Source: Perkinsela sp. CCAP 1560/9
Lineage: Eukaryota > Protista > Euglenozoa: Kinetoplastea
Reading direction: 5' to 3'
Length of the DNA stretch: 64,000 nt
Assembly (NCBI GenBank): GCA_965644495.1
Contig: CBFFSA010000006.1
Location: 248,001-312,000, forward strand
In this document: piece after piece, positions 32,618 to 44,411 of the stretch
How positions within the stretch are numbered: position 1 is the first letter of the stretch
Layout of the letters: each line of letters begins with the position of its first letter
The notes under the pieces: generated by a model
Databases searched by the model: none
What the model saw: only the letters and a program-made list of their open reading frames with translations
What the model was told of the DNA's origin: nothing
Translations under genes and position numbers: made by a program

Positions 32618-32786
32618 ACTTGAGAGTAGACTGCAAGTCGTATGCCACTTCGGGTCGAACACGTTGAACCTCAGTAAATTGTTATTGGGAGGGGATTCCC
32701 TTCGAAAATTAATTTACAGGTCTTATATTCGTAATAACTAAATATTTTTCTGCACATTTTATGCTCGTTACACGCATTAGACACGT

Positions 32787-33074
32787 ATGTTTCGTCTTAA
32801 TCCTTCTTTTCTAATGACAAACGTCGCAGTCACAACTGCACACATTCGTGATAAACTAATATCACAGCTTCCTGCGTCCCAGTGTGAAGTGGAGGACACC
32901 TCGAGTGGATGTGGCGCTTTTTATCGCATTACCGTAACCAGTGCGAAATTCAGAGGAATGACGTTAATTCAGCAACACCGCTTGGTGAATGAAATTCTTA
33001 AAAACGAAATCCCAAAACTACATGGTCTTACAATTTCGACGCTTTTACCATCCGAGGAAGCAACTCAGCCGTAA
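32787..33074 (+). CDS. BolA family protein (BolA3-like)
   Basis: EDTSSGCG..F.G...IQQHRLVN..LHGL. Confidence 0.92.
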   Translation: MFRLNPSFLMTNVAVTTAHIRDKLISQLPASQCEVEDTSSGCGAFYRITVTSAKFRGMTLIQQHRLVNEILKNEIPKLHGLTISTLLPSEEATQP

Positions 33075-33315
33075 CATTCATATTTTAGGACAATTGGACG
33101 ACATGGACAATGTATTTCGTCGATCGGTTAAGTACAATTCGGCACCTTTTACATGCTTAAAGTGCCATTCTTAATGCAAAGTTAATGTATTCACAACATG
33201 GGAAGTAGAGTGTATACTCGATGGAACAGAATTACGAGAATACGATATTTGACTGTGATAGCATTCAACGAATTAATATAGTTATAATAATAGTTATTGT
33301 CTTGATGGTTTTTGC

Positions 33316-35715
33316 ATGACTTCCGGATGGGAATGTGATTTGCAGGATATAACACTATCTGAGACACTTAAAGTCCACGAGATACTTGACAGCTCTCTGC
33401 CACAATCCTCGTCTGATTCCGAGCATGACGGGGAAAAGACGTCACCCCATGTTCCCGCATTGCTTCGAAAAGATGGGCCCCCGGTTCAAAATCTGAGTTC
33501 TAATTACAGCCGTCAAGCAGACCGCGAAAGAAATCCGACAGAAGAAGCAAACGAACTGGATGTAGAACTTGTTGGCGACAAAGAAGAATCATTGCTAATT
33601 TTGAATTTACAACCAATCTTGGAAAGATTGCAAATACATAGCAACGCTCAGCCCACCACTCTAAAGAAAGGCCTAGAAGAGCTTGAAGTATTTAAATGTA
33701 ACCACAGTGCTGAATTTTCGATGATCTTCCGAGAATCAATTCTTAAAGTTTTGAGGAACGTGATTGCTAGTCGCATTCGGTTGACGAGTTGGGGCACTGT
33801 AGAGATTAGTAATTTTGAGAATGCAGCTGAGGAATCAAACTTGATCCTATCGTTTTCGAATTTGTATGGCAATTTAAAATCTGAGGCTCGCCCTAATGAT
33901 TCTTTTAGGGATGACCCATTGACCCTGATATTGGCTCATTCCCTTTGTGCCATATTAGCAAAATTATTAGAAAAAGAACTAGAAACGCCACTGGAATATT
34001 TTTCTATGTGCTCCAGAATAATGCAAGAGCATTTTCAGCTTTTGGAATTGCTATTTACCCCTGCAGCCTGCCACGATTTGTCTATAGGTGTTATAGATAA
34101 CACGATTTCTGAGCTGTCCAGTAACATTAACCATAAACTAATTTTGTGGACCGATTGCATGTCACGGGGTAAAAATGATACCAAACAACAACATACAAAT
34201 AGTGAAGGCACACGTGAAACAACTTTTGAGCAACTCGATACGGCAAAAACTATTTTTTCCACCTATGCATCAGCTGTTTTTACCTTTGAAGAGCACCTTT
34301 TTCCGCACCTGGATTTGCAAGTACGTCCCATCCAATGCTTGACGAGAAGCGGTGAACTTAAACAATGGTGGATTGAATCTCAACGTGACACACTGCAATT
34401 ACTCTGCTCTTCCGTTGCGAAGGATTTATGTCCAGTATTTTACGTCTCAAGAAATCATAACTTGATTGGATATTTCTTCGATGGTACAGATGCATCTGTT
34501 CTAGATAATGCTACAGCTATCACGAGTTGCATTAACTATTCTTTGTTTTACGCTACGCAATCCGTAAATCAATTCGAAGGTGCTGTTGCTTATTTTTCAG
34601 AACAAGAGCTGGAATTGGTTTGGGCATCCACGTTCGACACTGTTTTACGTCCGCTATTTGCGATTGGTGAAAACGTACTTGAAGGTGCAGAGCGTTTTGT
34701 CGATCAACTTGAGCAGGGCGGCAAGCTGTACGAAAAATTGAATGCGTACGTCGCCAAGAATATACGTCCCACAAAATCCAAGGAACACGAGATAATGGAA
34801 ACGAAGTCGTCAATGATGCCAAGGAAAGTGCACAGTCAGACAGAAAGTTCTCGTCAGCAAACTCGCACGAAAAGCTCACAAGTAGTTAACGAACTCATCG
34901 ACCGATCGCATAGCGCACTGCACACCGCTTCAGCGTCACTGAGCGCGGCAACATCCTTGTTCAAGAAATCGGCTGGTCTTGCTCTTGTTGAAAGGCGCGA
35001 AGAACCGGAAACAAATATTAATGCAGTGAGTAGTGTGTATAAAAATGATGAAACGCGAGAAATGCAAGACAAGGTAAAGCAATTTGAAAGAACATTTGTT
35101 CCGGATCACATAGAATTCTGGGTTGCCCTTCTGGTTGATCTTTTGAATGCAACTAATGCTGCAATCAGTCAGATTCAAGGAGTGCAGGATCGTGCGCCAT
35201 TTAGCTTGCTCTCAGAGGCTTCGCAAGTATGCGAAGAGACGTCTATACGACTGGAGAAACTTTTATTTTTGGCGGAAACGAGACTGACTCGACTCATTAC
35301 ATTTGCACCTGTGGCATACACCCTTCGACCTTTGCATTGTGTAGTCTCAATGTTAGATGTTACGTGTGAGCCACACGGTTCACGAGTACAGGTGCAAACC
35401 TGCGATCTGAGTTCTCGACTATGTACGAAACTCGACCAGTCCATTGCTTATGCCCTCGTAGAACGCCGCCACGCAAACTTCGACGATTATGGGACATGCC
35501 TACAAAACCTGTCCTCAGATTTTACACGCCTTCCTCGTTGCGGCTTGGTCCATTATTTACTCACTAAGAAGAATCAAGTGCCCATGAAAAAGCATGAGAA
35601 TTTTATTGCAGAAAATTATTTTATTACGCACTTACTTATGGCCAATCCGGATATCGATGCAGAGGAGGTGAGACGGTTCATAAAAAATGTAAGCGAACAA
35701 CATGTGCCACCTTAA
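33316..35715 (+). CDS. Hypothetical helical protein
   Basis: 799-aa ORF; no family recognised. Confidence 0.8.
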   Translation: MTSGWECDLQDITLSETLKVHEILDSSLPQSSSDSEHDGEKTSPHVPALLRKDGPPVQNLSSNYSRQADRERNPTEEANELDVELVGDKEESLLILNLQPILERLQIHSNAQPTTLKKGLEELEVFKCNHSAEFSMIFRESILKVLRNVIASRIRLTSWGTVEISNFENAAEESNLILSFSNLYGNLKSEARPNDSFRDDPLTLILAHSLCAILAKLLEKELETPLEYFSMCSRIMQEHFQLLELLFTPAACHDLSIGVIDNTISELSSNINHKLILWTDCMSRGKNDTKQQHTNSEGTRETTFEQLDTAKTIFSTYASAVFTFEEHLFPHLDLQVRPIQCLTRSGELKQWWIESQRDTLQLLCSSVAKDLCPVFYVSRNHNLIGYFFDGTDASVLDNATAITSCINYSLFYATQSVNQFEGAVAYFSEQELELVWASTFDTVLRPLFAIGENVLEGAERFVDQLEQGGKLYEKLNAYVAKNIRPTKSKEHEIMETKSSMMPRKVHSQTESSRQQTRTKSSQVVNELIDRSHSALHTASASLSAATSLFKKSAGLALVERREEPETNINAVSSVYKNDETREMQDKVKQFERTFVPDHIEFWVALLVDLLNATNAAISQIQGVQDRAPFSLLSEASQVCEETSIRLEKLLFLAETRLTRLITFAPVAYTLRPLHCVVSMLDVTCEPHGSRVQVQTCDLSSRLCTKLDQSIAYALVERRHANFDDYGTCLQNLSSDFTRLPRCGLVHYLLTKKNQVPMKKHENFIAENYFITHLLMANPDIDAEEVRRFIKNVSEQHVPP

Positions 35716-35732
35716 ACTGCTTTTTTCATGGG

Positions 35733-35835
35733 GCTAAAATATTTATAGTACAGACTGTACTATAAATATTTTAGCTCACACTAGAATACACTTAGAATAC
35801 ACCACTTAGAATACACACTGTAACAGTGTGTATTC
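35733..35835. repeat. Two perfect palindromes plus TAGAATACAC x3
   Basis: 21-bp arms 35733-35775 and 13-bp arms 35809-35835, each with a 1-nt centre. Confidence 0.9.
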
Positions 35836-35938
35836 ATACATCATATTCGAAAACGGGAGCTTTAGGCTCCCAAAGTATATTTAATTTCTGCATCTCGAAA
35901 ATCTGTTAAATTCTACAGTAGTGGTAAAGATTTCTGCG

Positions 35939-36799
35939 ATGTTTATCCACCTTAGCGATGTCCAAGAGCCACCGCTGAAGCGACTAAAACAAAGTGACAA
36001 CGCCGTGTTACATGAAGGGGATGCCTTAGTATCTTCTCCCGTGCACCATTCCCCTAAAGCGCTGGGCGCCAAGTTAAAACAAGAATACGAGCTCGCACGT
36101 TTCGTCCAGAATATATCAAAATTGCATTCGTCCTGGAACACAGCGACACCTGCGTGTGACTGGAAAGGGATAACGTGCAATAATCAAACGGAAGTCACGA
36201 GAATCGATTGGAGTCTTTTGCTTGAGGGCTATGTGGATTGGAACCTTCTGCCACGAACAGTGGTGAGATTCGATGGGTATGGAAACGACAAGCTGACTGG
36301 GACTTTACCTCTCGATTCTCTGCCGTCACAATTCGATTATTTGATGCTGTACGATTGCGCGTTTCAGGGTATATTGGACCTGTCTCGCATGCCGGCTTCC
36401 ATGACATCTCTGGGCGTAGGCAAAAATCAGTTTCACGGAACGCTCGACTTGACGGTCTTTCCGGCGGGCATGCAAGTGTTCACTGCACCTGAGAACCAAT
36501 TCACAGGTGAGATTGATCTGAGCCAGTTGCCCTCCAAAATGATGAGCATTGCATTAAGCCGAAATGGCTTCACAGGTACTCCAGATTTGGAACATTTGCC
36601 ACCAAAAATGGAAATGGTTTGTCTGGATTACAATGAATTTAGTGGAAAAAGTTATTTGAATTCGCTCCCTGAAAGTATGTGGATGCTTGATTTGGATTGT
36701 AATTACAATTTGACGGTCGAATATGACGATTCCAAGTTCCGAGATGAAATAACTTTGGCGTCTCATGGTGTCAAATTTATTGTTCATGAAGATGAATAA
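35939..36799 (+). CDS. Short LRR protein
   Basis: QEYELARF..TPACDWKGITC cap plus LRRs. Confidence 0.9.
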   Translation: MFIHLSDVQEPPLKRLKQSDNAVLHEGDALVSSPVHHSPKALGAKLKQEYELARFVQNISKLHSSWNTATPACDWKGITCNNQTEVTRIDWSLLLEGYVDWNLLPRTVVRFDGYGNDKLTGTLPLDSLPSQFDYLMLYDCAFQGILDLSRMPASMTSLGVGKNQFHGTLDLTVFPAGMQVFTAPENQFTGEIDLSQLPSKMMSIALSRNGFTGTPDLEHLPPKMEMVCLDYNEFSGKSYLNSLPESMWMLDLDCNYNLTVEYDDSKFRDEITLASHGVKFIVHEDE

Positions 36800-37270
36800 G
36801 CATTTTTTTGATCCGCAAATTTATAGACAGTGATAAAGTGAGTAAACCGCCAGCTACGTTTCACGTTCTACACTATAGGCAGGCACTTCAAAAGCAAGGA
36901 AGAGAAATAAAGAATAGAAGACGAGATAATACGAATAAAATACCAAAAAAATCATTGTATGTATTAATCTTCTTCCGAAATTTGAATATCACTTAAAAGA
37001 ACCATATCTTTATATTGTATCTATCAATTAAGTTTGAAATGACTCTGGACATACATGTATCTTCTAATAGTGCATGTTTAATAATGCATTCTTTATGACG
37101 GATAAAGAAGAATGTGTAAATAAATCACATCTAAAACAATACGGCCAATTACCGCATGATGTATGCTGAATAACATGCTGGACAACACACTATTAATTTT
37201 TAAAGCTCGCTATCCAACTTCACCCACATGAAGAAAACGCACTATTTATTTCTCCTCCTTTTCTCTTACC

Positions 37271-38614
37271 ATGAATGTGGATTCCGTTCAGGAGAACATC
37301 TCTCAAAACCCATCGCCCGATTCATCCCCTGACGCAACCGATACCGATACCCAGTTCCTGGACGAAATCCGCACCCTCACCCTTCCCGCCATCCAACAAC
37401 GCACCCGCCTTATCGAAAACGAGACCTACATCCTACGACAATCTGAAAAACAACTCAAAGACGAACTTAAACGCATGAAAGAGCAGCTCCGTCTGAACAA
37501 AGAAAAACTCAAACTCAACAACCAACTCCCCTACCTTGTGGCGAACATTATTGAAATCCTTGACCCTGAGGTCGCCGCCTCGGGGGACTCCGAGGAGGAG
37601 TCCGGGGCGCATCTCGATCTCGATGCCACCCGCACGGGCCCCACGGCCGTGATTAAAACCTCCACACGTCAAACCATCTACCTCCCGGTGCTGGGCCTCG
37701 TCCCCGCCTCCTCTCTCGCCCCCGGGGATCTTGTCGGGGTCAACCGGGACTCCTATCTTATCCTCGACACGCTGCCCCCGGACTACGATCCCCGAGCGAA
37801 AGCAATGGAGCTTGAGGATCAAACCCGCAACCCGTTAAAAGAGAAATACGAAGACCTTGGCGGGCTGGAGAAACAAACACGGGAACTCGTGGAGGCCGTG
37901 GTGTGGCCCATGACGAAAAAGGAAAAATATAAAACCATTGGGGTAACCCCCCCGAAAGGGGTGCTGATGTATGGACCCCCGGGGACGGGAAAGACGATGC
38001 TCGCGAAGGCATGTGCCGCCCAGTGTGGGTGCTCGTTTTTAAAACTTGCCGGGCCCCAGTTGGTGCAGATGTATATTGGGGATGGCGCGAAGATAATCCG
38101 GGATGCGTTTGCGTTGGCAAGGAAAAAAGCCCCCGCGATTGTGTTTATTGATGAGTTGGATGCGATTGGGACGCGCAGGGGGGAGGGGGATAAACATGGG
38201 GAGAGGGAGGTGCAGCGGACGATGCTGGAGCTGCTGTCGCAGTTGGATGGGTTTGCGTCCTCCGATGAGGTCAAGGTGATTGCTGCCACGAACCGGATCG
38301 ATGTGCTGGACCCCGCGTTGCTTCGAAGTGGAAGGCTGGACCGGAAAGTGGAGTTTCCGATGCCGGATGAACCAGCCCGGGAGCAGATCTTGCGTATCCA
38401 TGCGCGTCGCATGAATACTCACCCTGATGTAAATTTCGAGGAGCTTGCACGCAGTACGGAGGATATGAATGGGGCACAACTAAAGGCGGTGTGCGTAGAG
38501 TCCGGGATGTTGGCGTTACGTCGCGAAGGTGTTACAATTCATCACGAGGACTTTATTGAAGGTATCGGTGCTGTATATTCTCGAAAAAAGAGTGATCTGA
38601 ACTATTACGCGTAA
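37271..38614 (+). CDS. RPT5: 26S proteasome AAA-ATPase subunit 6A
   Basis: [41 protein letters not shown]-terminal YYA. Confidence 0.97.
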   Translation: MNVDSVQENISQNPSPDSSPDATDTDTQFLDEIRTLTLPAIQQRTRLIENETYILRQSEKQLKDELKRMKEQLRLNKEKLKLNNQLPYLVANIIEILDPEVAASGDSEEESGAHLDLDATRTGPTAVIKTSTRQTIYLPVLGLVPASSLAPGDLVGVNRDSYLILDTLPPDYDPRAKAMELEDQTRNPLKEKYEDLGGLEKQTRELVEAVVWPMTKKEKYKTIGVTPPKGVLMYGPPGTGKTMLAKACAAQCGCSFLKLAGPQLVQMYIGDGAKIIRDAFALARKKAPAIVFIDELDAIGTRRGEGDKHGEREVQRTMLELLSQLDGFASSDEVKVIAATNRIDVLDPALLRSGRLDRKVEFPMPDEPAREQILRIHARRMNTHPDVNFEELARSTEDMNGAQLKAVCVESGMLALRREGVTIHHEDFIEGIGAVYSRKKSDLNYYA

Positions 38615-39713
38615 ATCAACGACATACTTTGCAATGCGATACTGTTTAGCAATAGAAGCGGAAACATGTTCTGGAAAAGGTGGGTGTTCTTTCCTTCTCA
38701 TTGCATGCGAAGATTAAAGTCTTCCATAATTTTCAATGGCGATATCGACATAGATACATGTAGATCACTTTCGGTAAAGGACAAAGGGATAAATACATTT
38801 TTTTGCATGTAAGATTCCAACAACAAAGAGTATAGTACCTTGCTGATTGATACATTGTACTTCAAGATTTTGCTCCGTGATATAACGATACGGAAGATAG
38901 AAATCTAGGTCCGATAAAAAAACTGAGATATGTAAACTTTGCTTTTATGACATTCCGATAAGTGTGTCCGGACAAGCTAGTACAGGAAGCCATTAAGGGC
39001 GATGATATGTCTGTCACCTTTAATGTCCCATCGAATTATCTTCGCAGCAGTGCCTGCGCTGTATATTGTTACTGCAGCTCATTTTTTTCGTGATCGAAGC
39101 ATTTTGCTGATAGCATGCACTATGACAGGACTTCTGGGTTGGGTTTTACTACTGTTACATGATACTGGTTTGACCTGTATCCTACTCCGCGCTACTAATC
39201 CCGACTACAACAACTCGGCTACGTTAAGCGAGAAGCAATAAACTTCAACTAGATTAATCAGCATTCCCGATCGAAGATGCGCCTAGCACATCCGCCCTAG
39301 CTGGTTGACTTGAAACAAGAAAAAACTTCTGTTGCACCTCGTACTCCCCGTTTCAATACACATCATACTCACATACCACAATAATTTGTACGAAGGAACA
39401 TACAATGACTTCGATCGTACAACTTGTACAAAGTAAAAAGGTTGTCATATTGACATCTCCCTCAATAATTGAGGGAGATACTACTCCCTCCCTATCCTGT
39501 ATCAATAAAATTTGGCCCAAAATTTGGCCCGACAAAACATTTACCGGAAAATGTTTTTTCGCAAAGAATCAAAGACAACACCATAAATTGATAGTTTTCT
39601 CCAATGGGAAACATTAAAAACACTGAAATGGTTGATTTGATATGCACAACTTTCTCAAACAAGACAAATTCCACAGGAGCTGTGGTATTCGCTCATTTTC
39701 GTATTTTTATTCA

Positions 39714-40310
39714 ATGTTCTGTCGTATTATGCGAGTTTCTAATAAAGACGTAGGCTACACTTCTACACGATTAGGACGTGTCAGCGCTTCATTGCCACAG
39801 GAATATAAACTTTTGAAGTTCATCGAAAACGTATCTAATCGGCATACATCGTGGGATGCTGATATTCCGGCTTGCGAGTGGGATGGAGTAATCTGTAATG
39901 AAGAAGGCAAAGTTGTGAAAATTGATTGGTCATTGCGTAACTTAGGAGGCACACTTGAATGGAAACACCTACCCGATACGCTTCTTGAAATAAGAATGCA
40001 TTCAAACAAACTCTTTGGGAGTATTGTGTTAGAAGATTTACCACCCGGTCTTGAGTATCTCAGTGTAGGCACCAATTGCTTCACCGGATGCGTTAATCTT
40101 CAAGCTATGCCAAAGACGATGAAAAAGCTTTTAATTGGTAACAATGAGCTTGGAGGCTCCGTTAGCTTTTGTCACCTGCCAGATAAATTATTCTTTTTAT
40201 ATTTAGCGGACAATGCAAATCTTTCCGGTACTCTGACGCCTTCAGAATTGTCTTCAAGGCTAAAGAAGTCTGTGTATACGACCCGCACCAAAATAACAAA
40301 GCATCCTTAG
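39714..40310 (+). CDS. Short LRR protein (RLGRV subfamily)
   Basis: TRLGRVSASLPQEYKLLKF cap plus LRRs. Confidence 0.9.
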   Translation: MFCRIMRVSNKDVGYTSTRLGRVSASLPQEYKLLKFIENVSNRHTSWDADIPACEWDGVICNEEGKVVKIDWSLRNLGGTLEWKHLPDTLLEIRMHSNKLFGSIVLEDLPPGLEYLSVGTNCFTGCVNLQAMPKTMKKLLIGNNELGGSVSFCHLPDKLFFLYLADNANLSGTLTPSELSSRLKKSVYTTRTKITKHP

Positions 40311-40580
40311 TACAATAATCTTACCAATGAAAACGGTATCGTGCTTTTGATTCCACCCAAAGATTCTTTACACGGCAATTTAGGCTTATTCACTTTTTAT
40401 CTTCCTGTACCTTTTTACATCCTCGACTTGTATTAGTTTGCTTGATTGGTAACACGTTTTCTCACTTTCCGAGTCTTTGGCAGCGCCAGCTCCAATATGA
40501 TTCCACCTAAATTGTTCTCTATTAGGGCTTAAATACTTGCAGCATATCTCTCCACCATTCTTTCACGATTCTCTTTTGGG

Positions 40581-41171
40581 ATGCTCTGTCATTTTTTTAA
40601 TGTTCTTAACAAAGACGTAAGCCACACTGCTACACGATTAGGACGCGTCAGCGCCGCACTGCCACAGGAATATAAACTCTTACAGTTCATTGAACACGTA
40701 TCTAACCGACATGCCTCGTGGGAGACTGATACCCCGGCTTGTGAGTGGCATGGAGTAACCTGTACTGAAGAAGGCAAAGTTGTGAAAATTAATTGGGCAA
40801 TGTACCAGTTAGAAGGCACGCTAGAATGGAAGTACCTACCCGATACGCTCCTTGAATTGCACATGGAATCGAACAATCTCTTTGGGAGTATTGTGTTAGA
40901 AGATTTGCCACCCCATCTCGAGTATCTCAGCCTAGGCACCAATTACTTCACCGGGGGTGTTAATCTTCAAGCTATGCCAAAGACAATGAAAGACCTTTTA
41001 ATTGGTAACAATGAGCTTTCCGGTTCCGTTAGCTTTTGTAATCTTCCAGATAATCTAAGTTTTCTATATTTAGCAGACAACAGAGAACTTTCGGGTACTC
41101 TGTTGCTCTCAAATTTGCCTACAAAGCTAGAAAAAGTCTATATAAATCGTACCAAAATTTTAGTAGACTAA
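40581..41171 (+). CDS. Short LRR protein (RLGRV subfamily)
   Basis: Close paralog of 39714..40310. Confidence 0.9.
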   Translation: MLCHFFNVLNKDVSHTATRLGRVSAALPQEYKLLQFIEHVSNRHASWETDTPACEWHGVTCTEEGKVVKINWAMYQLEGTLEWKYLPDTLLELHMESNNLFGSIVLEDLPPHLEYLSLGTNYFTGGVNLQAMPKTMKDLLIGNNELSGSVSFCNLPDNLSFLYLADNRELSGTLLLSNLPTKLEKVYINRTKILVD

Positions 41172-41469
41172 AACTTCCAGTTCCATAGGGAGTTTGTAGG
41201 CCAGTGACATTAAATCCCCTTCTTCAACTTTCTTCAACTCTTGGAATTTAACAAAAAAAAGAAAAATTCTTAAACATACATGTATTATGTGGTCCAGAAT
41301 CTCGAACCAAAATTGTAGGGTTAAGGGAGACATCACCGAATGTCAGAGACGCCATTTCACTCAACATACCTCAACATCACCTACCTCTTTCCCCACGCTT
41401 CATCCTATACATAACTAACTCTTTATCACTAACTCTTTATCCCCACCACACACAACCCCCCCCCCCGAA

Positions 41470-42678
41470 ATGCCCACCCCCCACAAGAAGAAACGCGCCT
41501 TCCCCCGAGGCACCGGCACGCGCTACGTTGTACGCTCCCGTCCCTGTGAGGACCTGATCCACATGGACGCGGGGGAGCACCCAACAAGTGAGACCACACT
41601 GGTCCCGGTTACCCCGCACGGGTCTTCGTCCCATCCCCTGCTCTCTTCGAATACCCCTCCCCCGCTCTCCTCCCTCAGCGGGATCCACTTCGGGGAGGGC
41701 TCGGACCCGCTCGCGGAGGCGCTGTTCGCGGAGGACGGGGACTCATGCAACGGGAGTGAGCTCGGCACGGTGCAGGGGGATGAGATCGACCAGGCCTACC
41801 TGCAGCAGCTCATGGCCCCGGATCCGGATTACCAATACACCACGGCGTTTGATGCGCTCCCGGCACGGAGGCAGGCCCGGGAGCGGGATGTGCTGGAGGG
41901 GCCGTTTGCGTACGCGATGCGGGAGATGGAGGGGGCGGGGGGGTTGGGGGGGAGTGGTGCCGGGGGCTTGGGGGGACCGCCAAGGTGGGATCCGATGAGC
42001 CGTGAACCTGGCGTAGAGGGCTCGGAATGGTCCCTTCTGGGGGCGTTCCCGAAGAAGGCGGATAGGATCTATCAGGATTATGTGGAGAATAAGAAGGAAC
42101 TTGCGGAGGTGACGAAGGAATATCTGCGACGGCAACATGATCTGCTTGACCAGGACGCGATTGCGATTGAACAACCGATTAAGGAGACTGAGGTGTACGA
42201 CGTGATACCGGTGAGGGGGAAGAATGAGAACTGGGACTGTGAGACCATTCTTACGACTTACAGCACTACATGCAACCGACCAGCGGTAATTGTCCCTGAG
42301 CGCCAGATGCGTCCCACGCGCCGAACGCGGGTTCGTCCACCCAATCAAACTATCCCGACTCCCCTTTCCACCCAAGATGAGGTTCGAGAAAAAAGGGCCG
42401 CGAGCAGAGCTCCGCTATCCGCTTTTCGTGATTTTTCGCAACTTCCGGAGGATACATCATTAGAAGCAGAATTGGCCAATGATTCAACGCTATCTATCCC
42501 TTCCGAAGTTCCCGTTCGTGATCCAAACGAGAGTGCGGCGGAGAAAAAAGAAAGAAGAAAAATGGTGAAGGAAATACAAGCGCAACGGCGACAAATGAAA
42601 CGTAAGGTTACCTTACTTTATCGTGCTGAAGGGATTCGACAGAGACAAACTCAGAAACAAAATTCAATGTTACTATAA
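41470..42678 (+). CDS. LTV1: LTV1 40S biogenesis factor
   Basis: WDCETILTTYST..NRP; ES..EKKERRKMVKE..RR..KR. Confidence 0.88.
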   Translation: MPTPHKKKRAFPRGTGTRYVVRSRPCEDLIHMDAGEHPTSETTLVPVTPHGSSSHPLLSSNTPPPLSSLSGIHFGEGSDPLAEALFAEDGDSCNGSELGTVQGDEIDQAYLQQLMAPDPDYQYTTAFDALPARRQARERDVLEGPFAYAMREMEGAGGLGGSGAGGLGGPPRWDPMSREPGVEGSEWSLLGAFPKKADRIYQDYVENKKELAEVTKEYLRRQHDLLDQDAIAIEQPIKETEVYDVIPVRGKNENWDCETILTTYSTTCNRPAVIVPERQMRPTRRTRVRPPNQTIPTPLSTQDEVREKRAASRAPLSAFRDFSQLPEDTSLEAELANDSTLSIPSEVPVRDPNESAAEKKERRKMVKEIQAQRRQMKRKVTLLYRAEGIRQRQTQKQNSMLL

Positions 42679-42869
42679 AAGGGAACCGCATATGGACGAA
42701 ACAGAATTTAAGATAGATAAATACACAACATGAGATACGCCTGCGGTCCATGAAACGTACACCTCATTTGCTACCCAAGGAATCGCACTTCTAGACCATA
42801 TTTTACGGGATTTCACTCAGTTTTTTAATCCGAAAGTCCCGTATAGTTTTTTTATCCTCCAGTAAAATA

Positions 42870-42960
42870 CTATTCCCCCCTGTCCTAGCGTTGCCTCGGT
42901 ACCCCCCTCGTAGCGTTGCTTTTTCCCAAAACCAGGCAACGCCAGGATAGGGGGGGATAG
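42870..42960. mobile_element. 91-bp TA-flanked MITE
   Basis: 27-bp TIRs (24/27 match), TA at 42868-69 and 42961-62, internal extra TAGCGTTGC. Confidence 0.8.
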
Positions 42961-43109
42961 TATACACTAAATGATCATTTTTTACCTGGAATGATGATAT
43001 TGAGGACGACTAAAATTTTGAGTATTTCTTCTCAACGTGACGATCTAGTATTTCAAGATCTCCAGCTGCGGCGTATGCCGTTTCACCACGGTTTTTTATT
43101 TTAAATTCA

Positions 43110-43697
43110 ATGTTTCGTTCGACTTTCGCGTTTTCCACAAAAGACGTAAGCTACACTTCTACTCGTTTAGGACGTGTCAGCGCTGCATTACCACAGGAAT
43201 ATAAACTTTTGAAGTTCATCGAAAACGTATCTAACCGACATACATCGTGGAAGGCTGATACCCCGGCTTGCGAGTGGGATGGAGTAACCTGTACTGAAGA
43301 AGGCAAAGTTGTGAAAATTCGTTGGGAAAGTCGCTTCTTAGAAGGTCCACTAGAGTGGAAGCACCTACCGGATACGCTTCTTGAATTACACATGGAATTG
43401 AACAATCATTTTGGGAGTATTGTGTTGGAAGATTTGCCACCCCGTCTCGAGTATCTCAGCCTAGGCAACAATCGCTTCACCGGAGGTGTTAATCTTCAAG
43501 CTATGCCAAAGACAATGAAAAAGCTTTTAATTGGTAATAATGAGCTTTCCGGTTCCGTTAACTTTTGTAATCTGCCAAACAATCTAAGTTTTCTGTATTT
43601 AGCGGATAATGCCGTTCTTTCGGGTACTCTGCCGCACTCAGGTGTCTCTTCAAGGCTTATGATCTATGCGGGTCGCACTCGAATTGGAACACTTTGA
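43110..43697 (+). CDS. Short LRR protein (RLGRV subfamily)
   Basis: Close paralog. Confidence 0.9.
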   Translation: MFRSTFAFSTKDVSYTSTRLGRVSAALPQEYKLLKFIENVSNRHTSWKADTPACEWDGVTCTEEGKVVKIRWESRFLEGPLEWKHLPDTLLELHMELNNHFGSIVLEDLPPRLEYLSLGNNRFTGGVNLQAMPKTMKKLLIGNNELSGSVNFCNLPNNLSFLYLADNAVLSGTLPHSGVSSRLMIYAGRTRIGTL

Positions 43698-43965
43698 TAC
43701 AATACTCCTGCAAATTAGTATAAATTAGTACACCGAAGACTGATGATTCAATAGAGCAAGTTCGTTGCATGTTGTGATACAGTGAGCATTTACGTTGTGA
43801 TAACAAAAACGGGAAAAGGGAATTGAAATTCTTTCGGTTTTCATTGAGTCTTTGCGCGGAGAGTTGTAGTTCCACTAGAAAAGCAATCGTGGTGAGATCA
43901 AAGGTACAATTTCGAAGCTGAAAAATTATCTTTAACACTAGTAAGGGAGCAAGTGCAAGTGACAT

Positions 43966-44170
43966 GTAAAGTTACCTTACTTTTTCGCGCTAAAAAAATT
44001 CGACATAGAGAAACGCAGAAACCGAATTCAATGTTACTTTAAAACTGCATGGGTCATGCGTGAAACACAATATCGCATAAAGAATATGAGATACATGTTC
44101 GTCGCGATCCACGATGGGCCTCATTTTCTTTCCCAAGGAATTGCGGCTCTAGAAAATAATATTTCACACG
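43966..44170 (+). pseudogene. Degenerate copy of the LTV1 3' end and downstream spacer
   Basis: GTTACCTTACTTT..AATTCAATGTTACT..ATGAGATAC..CCCAAGGAAT aligns with 42602-42810. Confidence 0.75.
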
Positions 44171-44411
44171 ATTTGGCGGTTAAATCACCTATCTCTACAG
44201 TAAGTTCTCTACCGTACAGTGTACATGAGTTTTGTCAGTCAGTAATGATGAGCGAACACTACATATTGAATTAATAAAACTATTAAACTTTAATAATGTT
44301 ATTTTTCAGTAATGATACAGTGTACTATTCAGGAGGAGTAACTTTGAATTTTCATCCTTTCCTTTCAACACTGTGTCTTATATTGAGATATCCGAATAAC
44401 CACATTTTAGC

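Noticed and set aside
33316-35715. RINT1/COG-like tethering subunit assignment
   Set aside because: Only general helical character; no motif I can defend
35749-35759. TACAG-A-CTGTA as a Tc1 excision footprint
   Set aside because: The symmetry extends 21 bp each side, which is better explained as an inverted duplication
39002-39241. Small hydrophobic ORF
   Set aside because: Short with no recognisable family; insufficient support
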